Source of the DNA: Rickettsiaceae bacterium | Lineage (GTDB): Bacteria; Pseudomonadota; Alphaproteobacteria; Rickettsiales; Rickettsiaceae | Length of the DNA stretch: 64,000 nt | Assembly: GCA_033763595.1 (NCBI GenBank) | Contig: JANRKH010000021.1 | Location: forward strand, 886-64,885 | Reading direction: 5' to 3' | Shown here: positions 37,928 through 48,593 of the stretch, piece after piece | Numbering within the stretch: the first letter of the stretch is position 1 | Layout: every line of letters begins with the position of its first letter | Position numbers and translations under genes: made by a program | The notes under the pieces: generated by a model | Database searches by the model: none | Seen by the model: the letters and a program-made list of their open reading frames with translations, nothing else | What the model was told of the DNA's origin: nothing

Positions 37928-40660
37928 ATGCTTAGATTATTTCGCAATTTTTTTGGTACAGCAAATGATAGGATTGTAAAAAAGCTATTTACAAAGGTTT
38001 CCTCAATAAATAGATACGAACCTAATCTAGCGTCTCTACCAGACGAACAACTAAAAAATAAAACAGAAGAATTTAAAAATAGACTTTCACTTGGAGCAAC
38101 TTTAGACGAAATATCAGAAGAAGCATTCGCAGTCGTAAGAGAAGCATCCAAAAGAGTACTGGGGATGAGACATTTTGATGTACAATGTGTTGGCGGGCTC
38201 ATCTTACATCAAGGTAATATCACCGAAATGCGGACTGGGGAAGGCAAAACATTAGTTGCAACGCTAGCAGCTTACCTCAACGCGCTTGAAGGTAAAGGAG
38301 TCCATGTAGTTACGACGAACGATTATCTAGCAAAAAGGGACTCAGAGTGGATGGGTAAACTCTATCATTTTCTTGGTCTTTCAACAGGCTGTATAGAATC
38401 TAATATGGATGATTACGAGCGTAAACTAGCATATAGTGCAGATATAACATACGCAACAAATAACGAACTCGGGTTTGATTACCTCAGAGATAACATGAAA
38501 TTTGATCTTGAATCAAAAGTTCAAAGAGGTTTTCACTACGCGATTATAGACGAAGTTGACTCAATTTTGATTGACGAGGCAAGAACTCCTTTGATTATAT
38601 CGGGCCCAGCAGATGATCACTCTGAGTTATACATCATTATCGACCTTCTAGTAAGAAAATTAAACAAAGAGGCATATGAGTTAGACGAGAAAACTAAAAC
38701 TGTCAATCTTACAGAAATTGGTATAGAGCAAATTGAGGATCTACTCACCACAGCGCAACTAATCAATAAAGATTCCAGTCTTTACGATTTTGAAAATATG
38801 CATTTAGTTCATTATGTAAATCAGTCACTAAAAGCACATCATCTATTTTCAAAAAATGTAGACTACCTAATTCAAAATAATAAACTAAATATTATTGATG
38901 AGTTTACTGGGAGAGTAATTGATGGGCGGAGATACTCGGATGGCTTGCACCAGGCTCTCGAGGCTAAAGAAAAAGTGCCTATACAGCAAGAAAATCAGAC
39001 TCTTGCGTCCATCACGTTCCAAAACTATTTTAGACAATATAAAAAACTTTCCGGTATGACTGGCACTGCTATGACGGAAGCGGCTGAACTAAAGGACATA
39101 TATAACCTTGAGGTTATAGCTGTTCCAACTCATCATCCAGCTAAAAGAATCGATCATGACGACGAAATATATGGCACAAAAAAGGAAAAAAATAATGCCA
39201 TTTTAGACCTTGTAACTCAATGTTACACAAAAGGTCAGCCTGTACTGGTGGGAACAGTTAGTGTTGAAAAATCTGAGGAAATCTCAAGTATCCTCAAGAA
39301 GGAAAAAATACCACATAATATTCTGAATGCAAAAAATCATGAAAAAGAAGCTCACATTATTGCACAAGCAGGTAGGTTTAACTCAGTTACAATTGCAACA
39401 AATATGGCAGGTAGGGGCACTGATATCAAACTCGGAGGAAATGCCGAAATGCTTTTTAGTGAAGTAGAAAAAACCCTCTCTCCTTCAGAAAAACTAGTGA
39501 AAAAATTAGAAATCGAAAGACAAGTAGAGCATGAAAAGCAAAAAGTAATAGAAGCAGGTGGTCTGTATGTAATCGCAAGCGAACGCCACGAGAGCAGAAG
39601 AATCGATAATCAACTCAGAGGAAGAAGTGGTAGGCAAGGCGACCCAGGCGAGACTAAATTCTTTTTATCTCTCGAAGATGATTTAATGAGGATTTTTGCA
39701 TCCCCAACTATATCTGGATTACTAAGGTCACTAGGTCTTAAGGACGGTGAAGCAATATTTCACCCCATGATTAGCCGATCTCTTGAAAAAGCACAACAAA
39801 AAGTTGAAGCGCACAATTACGACATGCGAAAAAGCTTACTGAAATTTGACGATGTAATGAACGATCAAAGAAAAGTAGTGTACGAACAAAGGGATGATAT
39901 AATAAGTGCGCAAGATCTAATGCCTACCTTATTAGAATTAACGTATAATCTTTTAGATGCATTAATAAAAAAATATATACCTCAAGACTCTTTCAAAGAG
40001 GAATGGAATCTTGCCGACCTAATTCATGAAATCTCGAGAATATTTATGTTTAAGCTTGACCCAGAATCTTATCTTGCTAGAGATTTGCTTGAAACTGATT
40101 TACTAGAAGAGATAAGTAGCTCCCTAGAAATGAGAATAAAAGAAAAAAGGCAAAATCTTTCAGAGAATATTTTCGATAACTCAATAAAATTTATATTTTT
40201 ATCAATTCTAGATAATTGCTGGAAAGATCATTTGAGATCACTCGATCATTTAAGGCAAGGTATATATCTTAGAGCTTATGGACAGAAAGATCCTCTAAAT
40301 GAGTACAAAAGAGAGGCTTTCGAATTATTTAATAATATGCTCGATAATTATGCTGAACAAGTCGTTTCTGCATGTTTTCAGTTCCAAATTGACACGAGTA
40401 ACGCAAATAACATCGAGCAAATAGCTAAAAGAAAACGAGGAGTGAGAAAAACTTTTGCAACAAGAGATGATCCGGCATTCGAAAAATATAATAAGACTGG
40501 CGCAACAGTAGATGCAATATTGTCCCCTATTAAAACCTCAGTCCCTAAAGAGCAAAGAAAAAAAGATGACAGTTCAACCTGGGGCAAAGTTGCTAGGAAT
40601 GAGGAATGCCCGTGTGGATCTGGCAAGAAATATAAACATTGTCATGGGTCAATAAAATAA
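37928..40660 (+). CDS. secA: preprotein translocase ATPase SecA
   Basis: 910 aa. Walker [14 protein letters not shown]-like [22 protein letters not shown]-terminal zinc motif [14 protein letters not shown]. Confidence 0.96.
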   Translation: MLRLFRNFFGTANDRIVKKLFTKVSSINRYEPNLASLPDEQLKNKTEEFKNRLSLGATLDEISEEAFAVVREASKRVLGMRHFDVQCVGGLILHQGNITEMRTGEGKTLVATLAAYLNALEGKGVHVVTTNDYLAKRDSEWMGKLYHFLGLSTGCIESNMDDYERKLAYSADITYATNNELGFDYLRDNMKFDLESKVQRGFHYAIIDEVDSILIDEARTPLIISGPADDHSELYIIIDLLVRKLNKEAYELDEKTKTVNLTEIGIEQIEDLLTTAQLINKDSSLYDFENMHLVHYVNQSLKAHHLFSKNVDYLIQNNKLNIIDEFTGRVIDGRRYSDGLHQALEAKEKVPIQQENQTLASITFQNYFRQYKKLSGMTGTAMTEAAELKDIYNLEVIAVPTHHPAKRIDHDDEIYGTKKEKNNAILDLVTQCYTKGQPVLVGTVSVEKSEEISSILKKEKIPHNILNAKNHEKEAHIIAQAGRFNSVTIATNMAGRGTDIKLGGNAEMLFSEVEKTLSPSEKLVKKLEIERQVEHEKQKVIEAGGLYVIASERHESRRIDNQLRGRSGRQGDPGETKFFLSLEDDLMRIFASPTISGLLRSLGLKDGEAIFHPMISRSLEKAQQKVEAHNYDMRKSLLKFDDVMNDQRKVVYEQRDDIISAQDLMPTLLELTYNLLDALIKKYIPQDSFKEEWNLADLIHEISRIFMFKLDPESYLARDLLETDLLEEISSSLEMRIKEKRQNLSENIFDNSIKFIFLSILDNCWKDHLRSLDHLRQGIYLRAYGQKDPLNEYKREAFELFNNMLDNYAEQVVSACFQFQIDTSNANNIEQIAKRKRGVRKTFATRDDPAFEKYNKTGATVDAILSPIKTSVPKEQRKKDDSSTWGKVARNEECPCGSGKKYKHCHGSIK

Positions 40661-40698
40661 ACTCAATCAAAAAAACTCTCTACTGGTCCTAGGGAAGT

Positions 40699-40808
40699 TA
40701 TACCAAATCTCTAGAATTAAATAATACTAGGAGCAAGTCACGAAGCCTACTCTCGTGTTAGGTGAGTGACGAGCTAGAAGCGAGTACTTAAAAATAGGAT
40801 TTGGTATT
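40699..40808 (+). repeat. palindromic repeat, family A
   Basis: Full copy about 40 nt after the secA stop. Confidence 0.9.
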
Positions 40809-41011
40809 ACGAGTGAAATTAAGGTAGATTTATACATAAGGAAATCCTAAGTAGGTTCATGGTTTTATAGGTTATGCAATTTCACATTACAATATTTATT
40901 GAGCTGTTTTAATTGTATGTTAGTATTATATAAAATTCTTTAATAAACTCATTGACAAATCTTAATTTTTATGTTAATATCCCCGGGTTAAACAGAAAAA
41001 ATACAAGAATC

Positions 41012-41974
41012 ATGGGCATTATAGGCGCAATAAAAAATTATTTTAATCAAGGAAAAACCTCAACCATAAATGAAATAAAGGCAAGAGAAGAGGCATGGAA
41101 CCAGGCGGAAAACGTTATGTCAGGCGCTTCAGCAGAAGGCGTCGCTAAAGCTATATTGCCTACATATTTGATAAAAGGAGCAAAATTCGTTGGATTTTTT
41201 CCTGGCACAGACCAGGCTGCGCATGACAGGGAAGAAGAATTTAAGGATAGAATTTCTAAATTAGACAAAATTAAGCAAGCAGTTGATAAAACTGGTTTAA
41301 AAATTATGTTATCAAATGATGAATCATTTATCAATGTTTCTGAAGTTGATTCTACGGGGCTCGATCTAGCAGGTAAAAAACCCGCAGGAAAAGATCACAG
41401 AATAATCTCAAATGAATATATAAAGGAAGCAACGGGATCAGTTGCATTTAAAGGAACTGATGTTATATTTAATCAATATGGATGGAGAGCTCCAGATCAC
41501 ATTGAGCTAGGGCAAAAATTATCTAGCAAGAATGGTATTACTATCGCTACAATAGAAACGCTTGAGGATAAAATTTTCACTTACGATACTGTAAAATTAG
41601 ATGATTACATGGTCGGGAAATTTGGCGAAGACAAATTTTATAAAGCTCTAGAAAATAATTTGTCTCTTGAGGAATTTACCCAAAAAACTCTAAATGAACA
41701 AAAGAGCTGGCGTGCATTTTTTAGCAAAAAATTAAGCACGGCAGAAATTAAGGCAATCTACATAGAGCTAGAATCAGTAAAACACGAATATTTGACAAAA
41801 AAGACAGAGATCGAACAATTACCAGTAGCAGAGGCTCAGATTGCTTATAACGATGACTACGTAATGGTTGAAGCGCATACTATAAAAAATAGCGAAAATC
41901 ATGAGCTTGAATGCTTTGAAGTAGATGGTTATAGTATTGTAGGCGAAGAGGTTGAAGGAGAGTTTTATTACTAA
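41012..41974 (+). CDS. hypothetical soluble protein (candidate effector)
   Basis: Clean ORF with no TM segment and no family I recognise. Acidic C-terminal tail ...SIVGEEVEGEFYY. ATG at 41012 preferred over the TTG at 40952 used by the ORF track. Confidence 0.65.
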   Translation: MGIIGAIKNYFNQGKTSTINEIKAREEAWNQAENVMSGASAEGVAKAILPTYLIKGAKFVGFFPGTDQAAHDREEEFKDRISKLDKIKQAVDKTGLKIMLSNDESFINVSEVDSTGLDLAGKKPAGKDHRIISNEYIKEATGSVAFKGTDVIFNQYGWRAPDHIELGQKLSSKNGITIATIETLEDKIFTYDTVKLDDYMVGKFGEDKFYKALENNLSLEEFTQKTLNEQKSWRAFFSKKLSTAEIKAIYIELESVKHEYLTKKTEIEQLPVAEAQIAYNDDYVMVEAHTIKNSENHELECFEVDGYSIVGEEVEGEFYY

Positions 41975-42176
41975 GATACTAGCAATAGTTTAGTAATTAC
42001 TTTCTGTTTTCAACATAGATGGTGTAAGTGCACTAAATGACACAGAAAAATCTATTTTGAAAATATCTTGCATAGCTGTATTGATCTAAAAATTTAATCT
42101 AAGAATTTACTTCATAATCTTTTACAAAAGTGTATAATTGCGACTCATAAAATAGAAATAATTTGGCACTAAAATT

Positions 42177-43037
42177 ATGAAGCCTAAGATTAATAGCTAC
42201 TTTATTGGAGTAATGTGGTTTTTGTTAAGTCTTGTAACAAGCGTTTTCAACGACACTATTTCAAAATATATAGGTCAAACTCTAGATCCCAGCGAAGTAG
42301 CTTTTTTTAGGTTCCTTTTTAGTGCTTTAACATTAGTTCCATTTATTGTGTTTTATGGTATCTCTACTATTAAAACCTCCAGCTTTTTTATACACTGCGC
42401 CAGGGGCTTTATACTTTTTTTAGGTATTATGGCCTGGACACACGGCCTATCATATCATCCACTCGCAGTTGCTACTCTCGTAAGTTTTACTATACCTTTG
42501 TTTACCCTAATTTTAGGATACTTTTTTTTAAATGAAAATATCATATGGCAAAGGTGGGTTGCGACCTTTATAGGATTTACAGGTATCGCTGTTGCCCTTG
42601 GGGTAAATGGTTCTGAATTTTCTTCATTTTCACTTATATTGATTTTGTCAGCCGCTGGCTTTGCAGGGCTTGACGTAATTAACAAAATTTTTGTTGTGAG
42701 AGAAACGATGACGAGCATGCTATTCTACTCTGCTGTAGTTACTGCTATTTTAGCCTTCGTTCCTGCAATTAACCACTGGCAAGATCCAAGCCTAATGCAA
42801 CTTACTCTTTTTGCGTTACTTGGTGCAAGCGCAAATCTTATATTATTTTTCATACTAAAGGCCTTTAGCGTGCTTGATGCTACTGCAATTGCACCATATA
42901 GGTATTTAGAACTTCTAATATCATCTTTATCGGGATTTATTTTTTTTGGAGAAAGTATAACTCATCAAATATTGTATGGTGCTCTGATAATAATACCAAG
43001 TACCTTTTTTATAGTATATTCTGAGGCAAATAAGTAA
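42177..43037 (+). CDS. EamA/DMT-superfamily transporter
   Basis: 286 aa, ten TM helices arranged as two EamA-like halves. Substrate cannot be read from the sequence. Confidence 0.8.
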   Translation: MKPKINSYFIGVMWFLLSLVTSVFNDTISKYIGQTLDPSEVAFFRFLFSALTLVPFIVFYGISTIKTSSFFIHCARGFILFLGIMAWTHGLSYHPLAVATLVSFTIPLFTLILGYFFLNENIIWQRWVATFIGFTGIAVALGVNGSEFSSFSLILILSAAGFAGLDVINKIFVVRETMTSMLFYSAVVTAILAFVPAINHWQDPSLMQLTLFALLGASANLILFFILKAFSVLDATAIAPYRYLELLISSLSGFIFFGESITHQILYGALIIIPSTFFIVYSEANK

Positions 43038-43045
43038 TTATTTTT

Positions 43046-44287
43046 ATGAGCAAAAAAAAGGTGATATTCGCTTCAGCCGCTGCCAATATTTTCGAATGGT
43101 ATGATTATGCTTTATTTGGGTATTGTGCTCATCTAATTGGGCGTAATTTCTTGCAAGCTCACACAGAAACGGGAGAGATTTTTAATGCATTTATAATTTT
43201 TGCAGCTGGATTTTTTGCGCGCCCCTTAGGGGCAATATTTTTTGGCGTAATGGGCGATACAAGAGGTAGAAAAACTATACTTTCAAATTCTGTTATGATT
43301 ATGTCCATCCCTTCAGCTATGATAGGGTTGCTACCAAATTATACTCAGATAGGAATTCTTGCGCCTTTTGCTATCTTTATCATCAGGATTTTACAAGGAT
43401 TTGCGATGGGCGGAGCTTTAACCGGATCAGTTACTTTTTTAATAGAACATATGCCAAAACAAAATAGGGGTCTTGCTGGTAGTATTACTATGGCATCACT
43501 ATGTATTGGTATTTTGACTGGCACACTTACATGTATATTTTGCAAATTTATTCTTGGGGAAGATGCATTTGAGGAATATGGCTGGCGTATACCTTTTTTA
43601 CTTAGTTTTTCATTCATTATTGTAAGCTACGTAATCAAAAAAACTAAAGAAACACCATCCTATAATTCTATAAAAGTCATAGTAGATAATCCAATCAAAT
43701 ATTGCTTTATAAACCACTCAAAAGATATGCTATTTTCTGCGCTGATCAACTCAAGTGGGTCAGTTCTATTTTATTCCGTAGTGGTTTTTATTCCTAATTA
43801 CCTAAGACAAGCCAGAAGCTTTAACGAGATTAATCTTGACTTATTATTATGTGCAACTCTTGCCATGATGTCTTTAGTATGCTTGATCTCTGGATATATA
43901 TCGGATATTACAACAAGAAGGAGTGTATTTTACATATCTTTGGTAATGGCTGTTATTTCAACTTACTTCTCTACCGTTATTTTGCAAAATGGCAGGCTCG
44001 AAATCATAATTATCATGTATATTTTTCAAGGTGTTATTGCTGCTTTTTACATAGGTCCAGAACCAGGTCTTCAAACGGATCTTTTTCCAGTAAACATTAG
44101 GGCAACTGCTCTTGCTATATCTTATAATTTTTCAGCCAGTTTTTTTGGAGGTTCTGCACCTCTTGTGATCTCTTACTTACATGCCAAAACTGGTAAATTT
44201 GAAAGTTTTGCTTTATACTTTACAATAACTTCACTTATGAGCTTTGCGGGCTTATATTTATCAAATAACAACAGATATGGAAAATAA
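43046..44287 (+). CDS. MFS transporter of the ProP / metabolite:H+ symporter type
   Basis: N-terminal FEWYDYALFGY signature and GD..GRK loop. 413 aa with 12 TM helices. Confidence 0.82.
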   Translation: MSKKKVIFASAAANIFEWYDYALFGYCAHLIGRNFLQAHTETGEIFNAFIIFAAGFFARPLGAIFFGVMGDTRGRKTILSNSVMIMSIPSAMIGLLPNYTQIGILAPFAIFIIRILQGFAMGGALTGSVTFLIEHMPKQNRGLAGSITMASLCIGILTGTLTCIFCKFILGEDAFEEYGWRIPFLLSFSFIIVSYVIKKTKETPSYNSIKVIVDNPIKYCFINHSKDMLFSALINSSGSVLFYSVVVFIPNYLRQARSFNEINLDLLLCATLAMMSLVCLISGYISDITTRRSVFYISLVMAVISTYFSTVILQNGRLEIIIIMYIFQGVIAAFYIGPEPGLQTDLFPVNIRATALAISYNFSASFFGGSAPLVISYLHAKTGKFESFALYFTITSLMSFAGLYLSNNNRYGK

Positions 44288-45272
44288 GGAATTGACTATC
44301 TTAGTAACAGGCGGAGCAGGATTTATCGGGAGCTGGTTTGTTAGGCATGCTCTTTTGCTTGGATATAAAATTATTGTACTTGATAAGCTTACATATTCAG
44401 GAAGCTTAGACAAGCTGAAGTTTCGTCAGGAAAATCAGAATTACATTTTTATTAAAGCAGATATTTGTGACTTTGCTTCTAACTATGATATTCTAAGGGA
44501 ATATAGACCAAATTATTTAGTCAACTTTGCCGCGGAAACTCATGTGGATAATTCAATATCAGGTCCATCTGACTTTATACAAACAAATATTGTTGGAACG
44601 TATAATTTACTTGAAGCTACAAGAAAATATTTAACTTCCTCAGAGGCGTCAAAATCATTTAAATTCATTCACATCTCCACAGATGAAGTATATGGAAGCC
44701 TGGGCATGAATGATGAAGCATTTTCTGAATATTCACCGTATAAACCAAATTCACCATATTCTGCATCTAAAGCAAGCTCTGATCATTTGGTTAGAAGCTG
44801 GTATAGTACATATAATATTCCAACAATAATAACACATTGCAGTAATAATTATGGCCCAAACCAACATAAAGAGAAACTGATACCTAAAGTAGTTACAAAC
44901 GCTCTAAATGACATTGAAATACCAATTTATGGCGATGGCAAAAACATAAGAGATTGGATTTACGTGGAAGATCACGTCAGGGGATTAATTAAAGTCATTA
45001 ACAAAGGCGCAGCTGGCGAAAAATATCTCTTTGGTGGGAATATGGAAATAAGCAATATTGATCTTGTGCATAAAATTTGTGACATTTTAAATAGAAAACT
45101 CGGTAAAAACTTCAGAAAAAATATAAAATTTATTGAAGATAGAAAGGGTCACGATTATAGATACGCAATTAATACCGAACAAACAGACAAAAAGCTTGGT
45201 CATCGTAACATCTTTTCCTTTGATGCAACGCTTGAATCGACGATTGATTCGTATATTTATCAAGATGTCTAA
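44277..45272 (+). CDS. rfbB: dTDP-glucose 4,6-dehydratase
   Basis: VTGGAGFIGS Rossmann motif, catalytic YSASKASSDHL (YxxxK), STDEVYG. Start placed at MENKELTILV rather than the ORF-track 44244. Confidence 0.9.
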   Translation: MENKELTILVTGGAGFIGSWFVRHALLLGYKIIVLDKLTYSGSLDKLKFRQENQNYIFIKADICDFASNYDILREYRPNYLVNFAAETHVDNSISGPSDFIQTNIVGTYNLLEATRKYLTSSEASKSFKFIHISTDEVYGSLGMNDEAFSEYSPYKPNSPYSASKASSDHLVRSWYSTYNIPTIITHCSNNYGPNQHKEKLIPKVVTNALNDIEIPIYGDGKNIRDWIYVEDHVRGLIKVINKGAAGEKYLFGGNMEISNIDLVHKICDILNRKLGKNFRKNIKFIEDRKGHDYRYAINTEQTDKKLGHRNIFSFDATLESTIDSYIYQDV

Positions 45273-45348
45273 TCAAGTTTTTGTTGCGTTAGAAGAATAT
45301 ATGATATATAAAGATTCATTCGGAATATAGTCCAAACTTTAGGAATTC

Positions 45349-45487
45349 TACCAAATCCCATTTATCAGTGATCAAATTAAATGATCAATACGCATTGAAG
45401 CTAGACTCGGCTTTGCGCACCTATTATATAGGCTTGCTCAGGGAGTTCCTAAATTCATGTGTCTAATTTATTCTGGGAAATGTTATA
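45349..45487 (-). repeat. palindromic repeat, family B (inverted)
   Basis: TACCAAATCCCATTTATCAGTGATCAAATTAAATGATC...CCTAAATTCATGTGTCTAATTTATTCTGGGAAATGTTAT. Ends about 7 nt before tRNA-Asp. Confidence 0.75.
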
Positions 45488-45493
45488 AGATAT

Positions 45494-45570
45494 GGGGGTG
45501 TAGCTCAGTTGGTTAGAGCGCCTGCCTGTCACGCAGGAGGTCGCGGGTTCGAGTCCCGTCACTCCCGCCA
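45494..45570 (+). tRNA. tRNA-Asp (anticodon GTC), CCA encoded
   Basis: GGGGGTGTAGCTCAGTTGGTTAGAGCGCCTGCCTGTCACGCAGGAGGTCGCGGGTTCGAGTCCCGTCACTCCCGCCA. Anticodon loop CTGTCAC. Confidence 0.93.
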
Positions 45571-45720
45571 CCATACTTTTCGCAATGGTATTCAACACTT
45601 TGGACTCGGTATAAGTCTTGTGGATTATTGTATATTATCTATGTATTAGGATCTAGACTGTGCGAATCCATACATTTCAGCTAATATCTTTACTTGGAGA
45701 TTCTTCTATTAGTGCGTATT

Positions 45721-45882
45721 AGATCTCTGCTAAAACTTGCTCCTGGCGAGAAGGCTCTAGGACCACGCAGGAAGCGCTAGCACTGCACAGCGTAACATAT
45801 GGAGGGAAAAGGTACATGAGGATTCCTTATAATTGCGCTGCAGAATCAATTTCATTTATTAGTAGAGTTTTTAGGAGAGGTC
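45721..45882 (+). repeat. GC-rich palindromic repeat, family D (diverged)
   Basis: AGATCTCTGCTAAAACTTGCTCCTGGCG...GTACATGAGGATTCC...AGTAGAGTTTTTAGGAGAGGTC. Confidence 0.75.
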
Positions 45883-46062
45883 AAATATGCCAAATGACTT
45901 GCTCCTTTATTTTATCTTTAAGACTTGGTATACGAACCAACACAAATGTATGATCCATATGCACTATCAGAAATCACATGTATAATATCGTAACAAAAAG
46001 GTCTTGCGCAAAAAAAGCTTTATAGATACATTGATTCACTCGAATCATATAATAAGGCCATC

Positions 46063-47475
46063 ATGCTAGACGATAAATATATGCTTGCTTATTTAGCTAA
46101 GGCAGAAGTTCTTCAAAATATGCAAGAAGAACATAACGAAGCATCAGAAATAGAAATACTTGATTGTCTAAACAAAGCATACGAAATCTCTCGGGATAAG
46201 AGCTTGCTTGATTCTATTAAGCTCTCTAAAATAAACCGTGATTATATGCAAAGAATGTTCGAGGAGAGAGAAAAATTACTTGAAAAGTTGCAATTCTCAT
46301 CGCAAGAAGCAAACGATCCTCAAAATCCTCAAGAATTGCTAGACATAGGAGACGAACTTTTTATTCTTGGTAAAACTGAATCAGCTTTAGAAGCATATGA
46401 TAAAGCCATTCTCTTAGACAAAAATTATTCAAGAGCTTACGCAAAAAAAGCAAATCTACTGCGCTTTAAGGGCATGATCACTGAAGCAATTGAAGTAATA
46501 AATAAGGCCATAAATCTAGATCCAAATGACCCTGCAGGATATTATGTTAAAGCAAGAATACTAGCTGCTCTAGGAAATACAGAAGAAGCAACAAGTATAT
46601 ATAATAAAGCTCTCAGTCTAGATCATAATGATGATGCATATATATATTTCTCTAAAGGAGCTGCTCTTGCCTCTCTTTCTAAATACGATGAAGCAATCGC
46701 AGCCTATGATGCCTCTATAAGATTAAACCCGGAAGATAAACTGATTTGCGCAACTACCTACATTAACAAAGGTATCGCCCTTAGATCCCTTTCTAGATAC
46801 GATGAAGCAATCACAGCCTATGATGAAGCTATCAAGCTAAAACCGGATTTTTCGGTAGCTTACTATAGCAAAGGTAATGTACTTATTGATCTTGCTAGAT
46901 ACTATGAAGCAGCTACAGCCTATGATGAAGCAATACAGCTAAAGCCAGAAGATGATCGGGTTTGTGCAAGTATCTATTATAATAAAGCTAAAGCGCTAAA
47001 CTCTCTTGGTAGATATATTGAAGCTATAGAAGCTTGCGATTTAGCAATCAAGATAAAGCCTAATTATGCTGCTGCATATCTTAATAAAGGCAATGCTCTT
47101 TATGCTCTTTCTAGATATGAAGAGGCAGTTGAATCCTATGGAGCTGCTATTATTCTAAAACCTGATGATAAAGAGTTTTGTGCAAGCGCATACAATAACA
47201 AAGCTAGCGCGCTTAATCAACTTTCAAGATACGAGGAAGCCCTAAGTGCCTTTAATGAGGCTATAAAATTAGATGATAAATTAGTACTTGCATATTTAAA
47301 CAAGGCTCAAACTTTGCAAGATATTCTACTAGTAGAATCAGGAGGACATATTGAAGACATAGGAGCAAATATAGATCAAAAACCCGAAGAAGTAATGCAA
47401 GATAATACAGAATCAGAGATTATAGACCATTCAATCTCTTGTATTGGAGACGTGCAAAGAGAGCTGCGAGATTGA
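46063..47475 (+). CDS. tetratricopeptide (TPR) repeat protein, possibly 5'-truncated
   Basis: At least nine tandem 34-aa TPR units (e.g. AYAKKANLLRFKGMITEAIEVINKAINLDPNDP). TPR-like coding signal continues upstream of the first ATG through an in-frame TAA at 45991. Confidence 0.85.
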   Translation: MLDDKYMLAYLAKAEVLQNMQEEHNEASEIEILDCLNKAYEISRDKSLLDSIKLSKINRDYMQRMFEEREKLLEKLQFSSQEANDPQNPQELLDIGDELFILGKTESALEAYDKAILLDKNYSRAYAKKANLLRFKGMITEAIEVINKAINLDPNDPAGYYVKARILAALGNTEEATSIYNKALSLDHNDDAYIYFSKGAALASLSKYDEAIAAYDASIRLNPEDKLICATTYINKGIALRSLSRYDEAITAYDEAIKLKPDFSVAYYSKGNVLIDLARYYEAATAYDEAIQLKPEDDRVCASIYYNKAKALNSLGRYIEAIEACDLAIKIKPNYAAAYLNKGNALYALSRYEEAVESYGAAIILKPDDKEFCASAYNNKASALNQLSRYEEALSAFNEAIKLDDKLVLAYLNKAQTLQDILLVESGGHIEDIGANIDQKPEEVMQDNTESEIIDHSISCIGDVQRELRD

Positions 47476-47493
47476 TGAGTGTTAGTTTTAAAT

Positions 47494-48450
47494 CTATTGT
47501 AAAATATTTTGATAATCCGACCTGGGATTTTCAAATATATAGTCATTAAGCTCATACACACTCAGAGTATCGTAATTATTTTCAGGGCGATAGCTCATTA
47601 ACTGTTTTTTTAATGGCTCCTTGGAGTAAAAGGGGGTAGCAAAGCTCGTGTTATACTTTGCATCATAATCTTCAATATAAAATACCATGCTGCACATTAA
47701 ATATTTACATATATCTGACTTATCAAAATATTCTTTGTAAGCAGTTTTTTTGCCATCTAGGCCAAAAAAAATCGCAGTCTTTTTGTAAAAATAGCTGGAG
47801 AGAAATGAGAGATAAGCTGCATGAGATAAATCTGTAATTAAACCATCGCTCAGTCCTTTTTCAACCAAATATTCGGCGGTTGCAGAATAATCGGCCGCGT
47901 AACTTTTAAATTCGTCAGCTAGATGTGCTAATTGCTCATAAACAGCGGTTGTATTTGAAGTATCTCGTACCTGTGGTAGTTTTGCTACAAGCTCGTCTAC
48001 ATCGTAAGCTCTGCCAGGACTTAGTCTTGCTGAAGATATAATATATTTGAGATCAGGCAAAACTATATTCGCCAGTTTTCTCAAGTCTATTTCAAGAGTA
48101 TTGAATAGCTTAATATTTTCAAGATAAGTATCAGTTATGTTTGCAAATATAAGATATTCATTATGTAAATTAGAGAGGTAATTATGATAGATTAGCTCGT
48201 CAATAATTTTCAGATAACTTACTGAATCATTATTGTTACTTTGAGAAAAACTTGTAGGCCGAGAGTTCACTAGAGTAGCTAAGTTAGTGTTTGTTTTATT
48301 GCTTAAGTCGTCTGACTCACGTGATGGTGTTGCTAAGTATTTTAATAAAGTATGTATTTGTCTTGGATTTGAAATTTGTAACATTGAATTCAACTTAAAA
48401 CCTTCAAAAGGTGCAAGAAAAGCAATGCTAAATATGCAGGGTAATTTCAT
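47494..48450 (-). CDS. hypothetical protein with N-terminal hydrophobic/signal-like segment
   Basis: 318-aa ORF, convergent with the TPR gene. I recognise no family. Confidence 0.6.
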   Translation of the reverse strand: MKLPCIFSIAFLAPFEGFKLNSMLQISNPRQIHTLLKYLATPSRESDDLSNKTNTNLATLVNSRPTSFSQSNNNDSVSYLKIIDELIYHNYLSNLHNEYLIFANITDTYLENIKLFNTLEIDLRKLANIVLPDLKYIISSARLSPGRAYDVDELVAKLPQVRDTSNTTAVYEQLAHLADEFKSYAADYSATAEYLVEKGLSDGLITDLSHAAYLSFLSSYFYKKTAIFFGLDGKKTAYKEYFDKSDICKYLMCSMVFYIEDYDAKYNTSFATPFYSKEPLKKQLMSYRPENNYDTLSVYELNDYIFENPRSDYQNILQ

Positions 48451-48593
48451 GATAGTTCTTCTGTTGTTTGCATATCAAAGATGGTAGTAGAAGGTCGATT
48501 TGTCACTCACCTTCCTTTCGCATAACCTATCATGAATGGTAATTTTGGCGACAAAATTTGTTTGCTCTCATAGTGATTGTTTTAATCTTGTTG

